Source: a virus
Lineage: Duplodnaviria; Heunggongvirae; Uroviricota; Caudoviricetes
Direction: 5' to 3' (one strand)
Virus record (IMG/VR): IMGVR_UViG_3300031134_000639
DNA: 64,000 bases
The notes under the pieces are model-generated. The model made no database searches. It saw only the letters and a program-made list of their open reading frames with translations, and was not told the origin of the DNA. Below, in pieces: positions 62,701 through 64,000 of the stretch (the stretch's first letter is position 1; each line of letters opens with the position of its first letter). Both the position numbers and the translations under genes were made by a program.

Positions 62701-64000
62701 ATGACAGACACAAACACAGCCATAGGTGATGTTGTCTCCGCAACATTCCAAGGCAACAAAAAGCAAGGTGACTACCTTGCCCTCAACAGCCTCCTCAACA
62801 TCTGGGGACCAGACGGCAAAATCCAGTTCGACAAAGACAAAGAAGCTGTACGCGCCTACTTCTTAGAGCACGTCAACCCCTCCACAGTCTTCTTCCATGA
62901 CCTAGAAGAGAAACTGAACTTCCTCGTAGAAAACGACTACTACGAAAAAGAGTTCCTAGAGAAATACGAATTCGCATTCGTCAAAAAGCTGTTCAAAACA
63001 GTCTACGACAAGAAATTCCGCTTCCCCACCTTCGTAGGAGCCTACAAATACTACACAAGCTACACCCTCAAGACATTTGACGGGAAACGCTACCTAGAGC
63101 GCTTCGAAGACCGCGTAACCATCGCGGCCCTCTACCTCGCAGACGGTGACAAGAAGCTAGCTGAGAACATCGCAGAGGAAATCATCAGCGGACGCTTCCA
63201 GCCAGCAACACCAACCTTCCTCAACGCCGGAAAAGCACAGCGAGGCGAACTCGTATCCTGCTTCCTCCTCAACGTAGACGACGACCTCAACAGCATCCTC
63301 CGCAGCGTTAACAGCAGCGGACAGCTAAGCAAACGAGGAGGAGGAGTAGCACTAGCACTCACCAACCTCCGTGCAAAAGGCGACCCAATCAAGAAGATTG
63401 AAAACCAGGCCAGCGGTGTAGTCCCCGTCATGAAACTCCTAGAAGACACCTTCAGCTACGCAAACCAGCTAGGTGCCCGCCAGGGAGCCGGAGCAGTGTA
63501 CCTAAACGCACACCACCCCGACATTATGGAGTTCCTCGACACCAAACGAGAGAACGCCGACGAGAAAATCCGTATCAAGACACTATCCCTAGGTGTAGTC
63601 ATTCCTGATATCACCTTCGAGCTAGCCAAAAACAACGAAGACATGTACCTCTTCTCACCCTACGACGTTGAACGCGTCTACGGCAAGCAGATGGCATACG
63701 TCAACATCAGCGAGAACTACCGTGCAATGGTAGACAACCCAGACATTCGCAAGAAAAAGATCAGCCCCCGTGAATTCCTGTCAACCCTCGCAGAAATCCA
63801 GATGGAATCCGGCTACCCTTACATCATGTTCGAAGACGCCGCAAACCGTGCAAACCCAATTGACGGTAAAATCATCATGAGCAACCTCTGCTCCGAGATC
63901 CTTCAGGTGCAGGAACCATCCCACATTGAAGACGACCAGACCTACAGCACCCTAGGAAAAGATATCAGCTGTAACCTTGGTTCACTCAACGTACGTAAAG
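62701..64000 (+). CDS. nrdE: Class Ib ribonucleotide reductase alpha subunit NrdE (3'-partial, continues past the window)
   Basis: Translation [21 protein letters not shown]...[48 protein letters not shown]...NLCSEILQ is unmistakably RNR class I alpha. Open to the window end. Confidence 0.9.
   Translation, partial: MTDTNTAIGDVVSATFQGNKKQGDYLALNSLLNIWGPDGKIQFDKDKEAVRAYFLEHVNPSTVFFHDLEEKLNFLVENDYYEKEFLEKYEFAFVKKLFKTVYDKKFRFPTFVGAYKYYTSYTLKTFDGKRYLERFEDRVTIAALYLADGDKKLAENIAEEIISGRFQPATPTFLNAGKAQRGELVSCFLLNVDDDLNSILRSVNSSGQLSKRGGGVALALTNLRAKGDPIKKIENQASGVVPVMKLLEDTFSYANQLGARQGAGAVYLNAHHPDIMEFLDTKRENADEKIRIKTLSLGVVIPDITFELAKNNEDMYLFSPYDVERVYGKQMAYVNISENYRAMVDNPDIRKKKISPREFLSTLAEIQMESGYPYIMFEDAANRANPIDGKIIMSNLCSEILQVQEPSHIEDDQTYSTLGKDISCNLGSLNVRK

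Overview
This 64 kb window reads as a densely packed region of a large virulent bacteriophage genome (or phage-like element), probably infecting a Gram-positive or actinobacterial host. GC is about 47-50%, genes sit in short operons on alternating strands, and there are 20 or more perfect long palindromic hairpins that look like bidirectional terminators. I found no rRNA, tRNA, CRISPR, integrase or transposase.

Recognisable functions include class Ib ribonucleotide reductase (nrdH-nrdI-nrdE; nrdE runs off the 3' end), ThyX, NAD-dependent DNA ligase, RadA/Sms, an FtsK-like ATPase, a minimal ATP-dependent RNA ligase, a CCA-adding tRNA nucleotidyltransferase, an NfeD-flotillin (SPFH) pair, an NlpC/P60 peptidase, an Asp23-family protein, a NERD-domain protein, HAD-like phosphatases and an ADP-ribosylglycohydrolase.

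The main result is at 36.0-49.2 kb. A tandem, translationally coupled array of 12 paralogous genes sits there, with a 13th relative on the minus strand at 18.8-19.7 kb. Each carries a C-terminal R-S-E type (C3/iota/Alt-like) mono-ADP-ribosyltransferase domain with the motifs LYRG / YMSTSL / ExEVLLPR. Each begins with the same ~30-aa Cys- and Arg-rich leader, MCRTKELGGRRCPxHTDP...NARRRELYA. That leader is also fused to the CCA-adding enzyme, to a coiled-coil protein, and to another unknown protein. An ADP-ribosylglycohydrolase gene lies immediately upstream of the array.

Other features of note:
- A second large family of ~200-aa unknown proteins with 11 minus-strand copies at 1-13.1 kb.
- Several smaller paralog families in pairs or triplets.
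- A conserved intergenic motif CCGATAGTAAT about 31-36 nt upstream of several operon start codons.
- A ~320-nt AC-rich non-coding stretch with phased A-tracts upstream of nrdHIE.
- A stand-alone N-terminal domain of prepilin peptidase.
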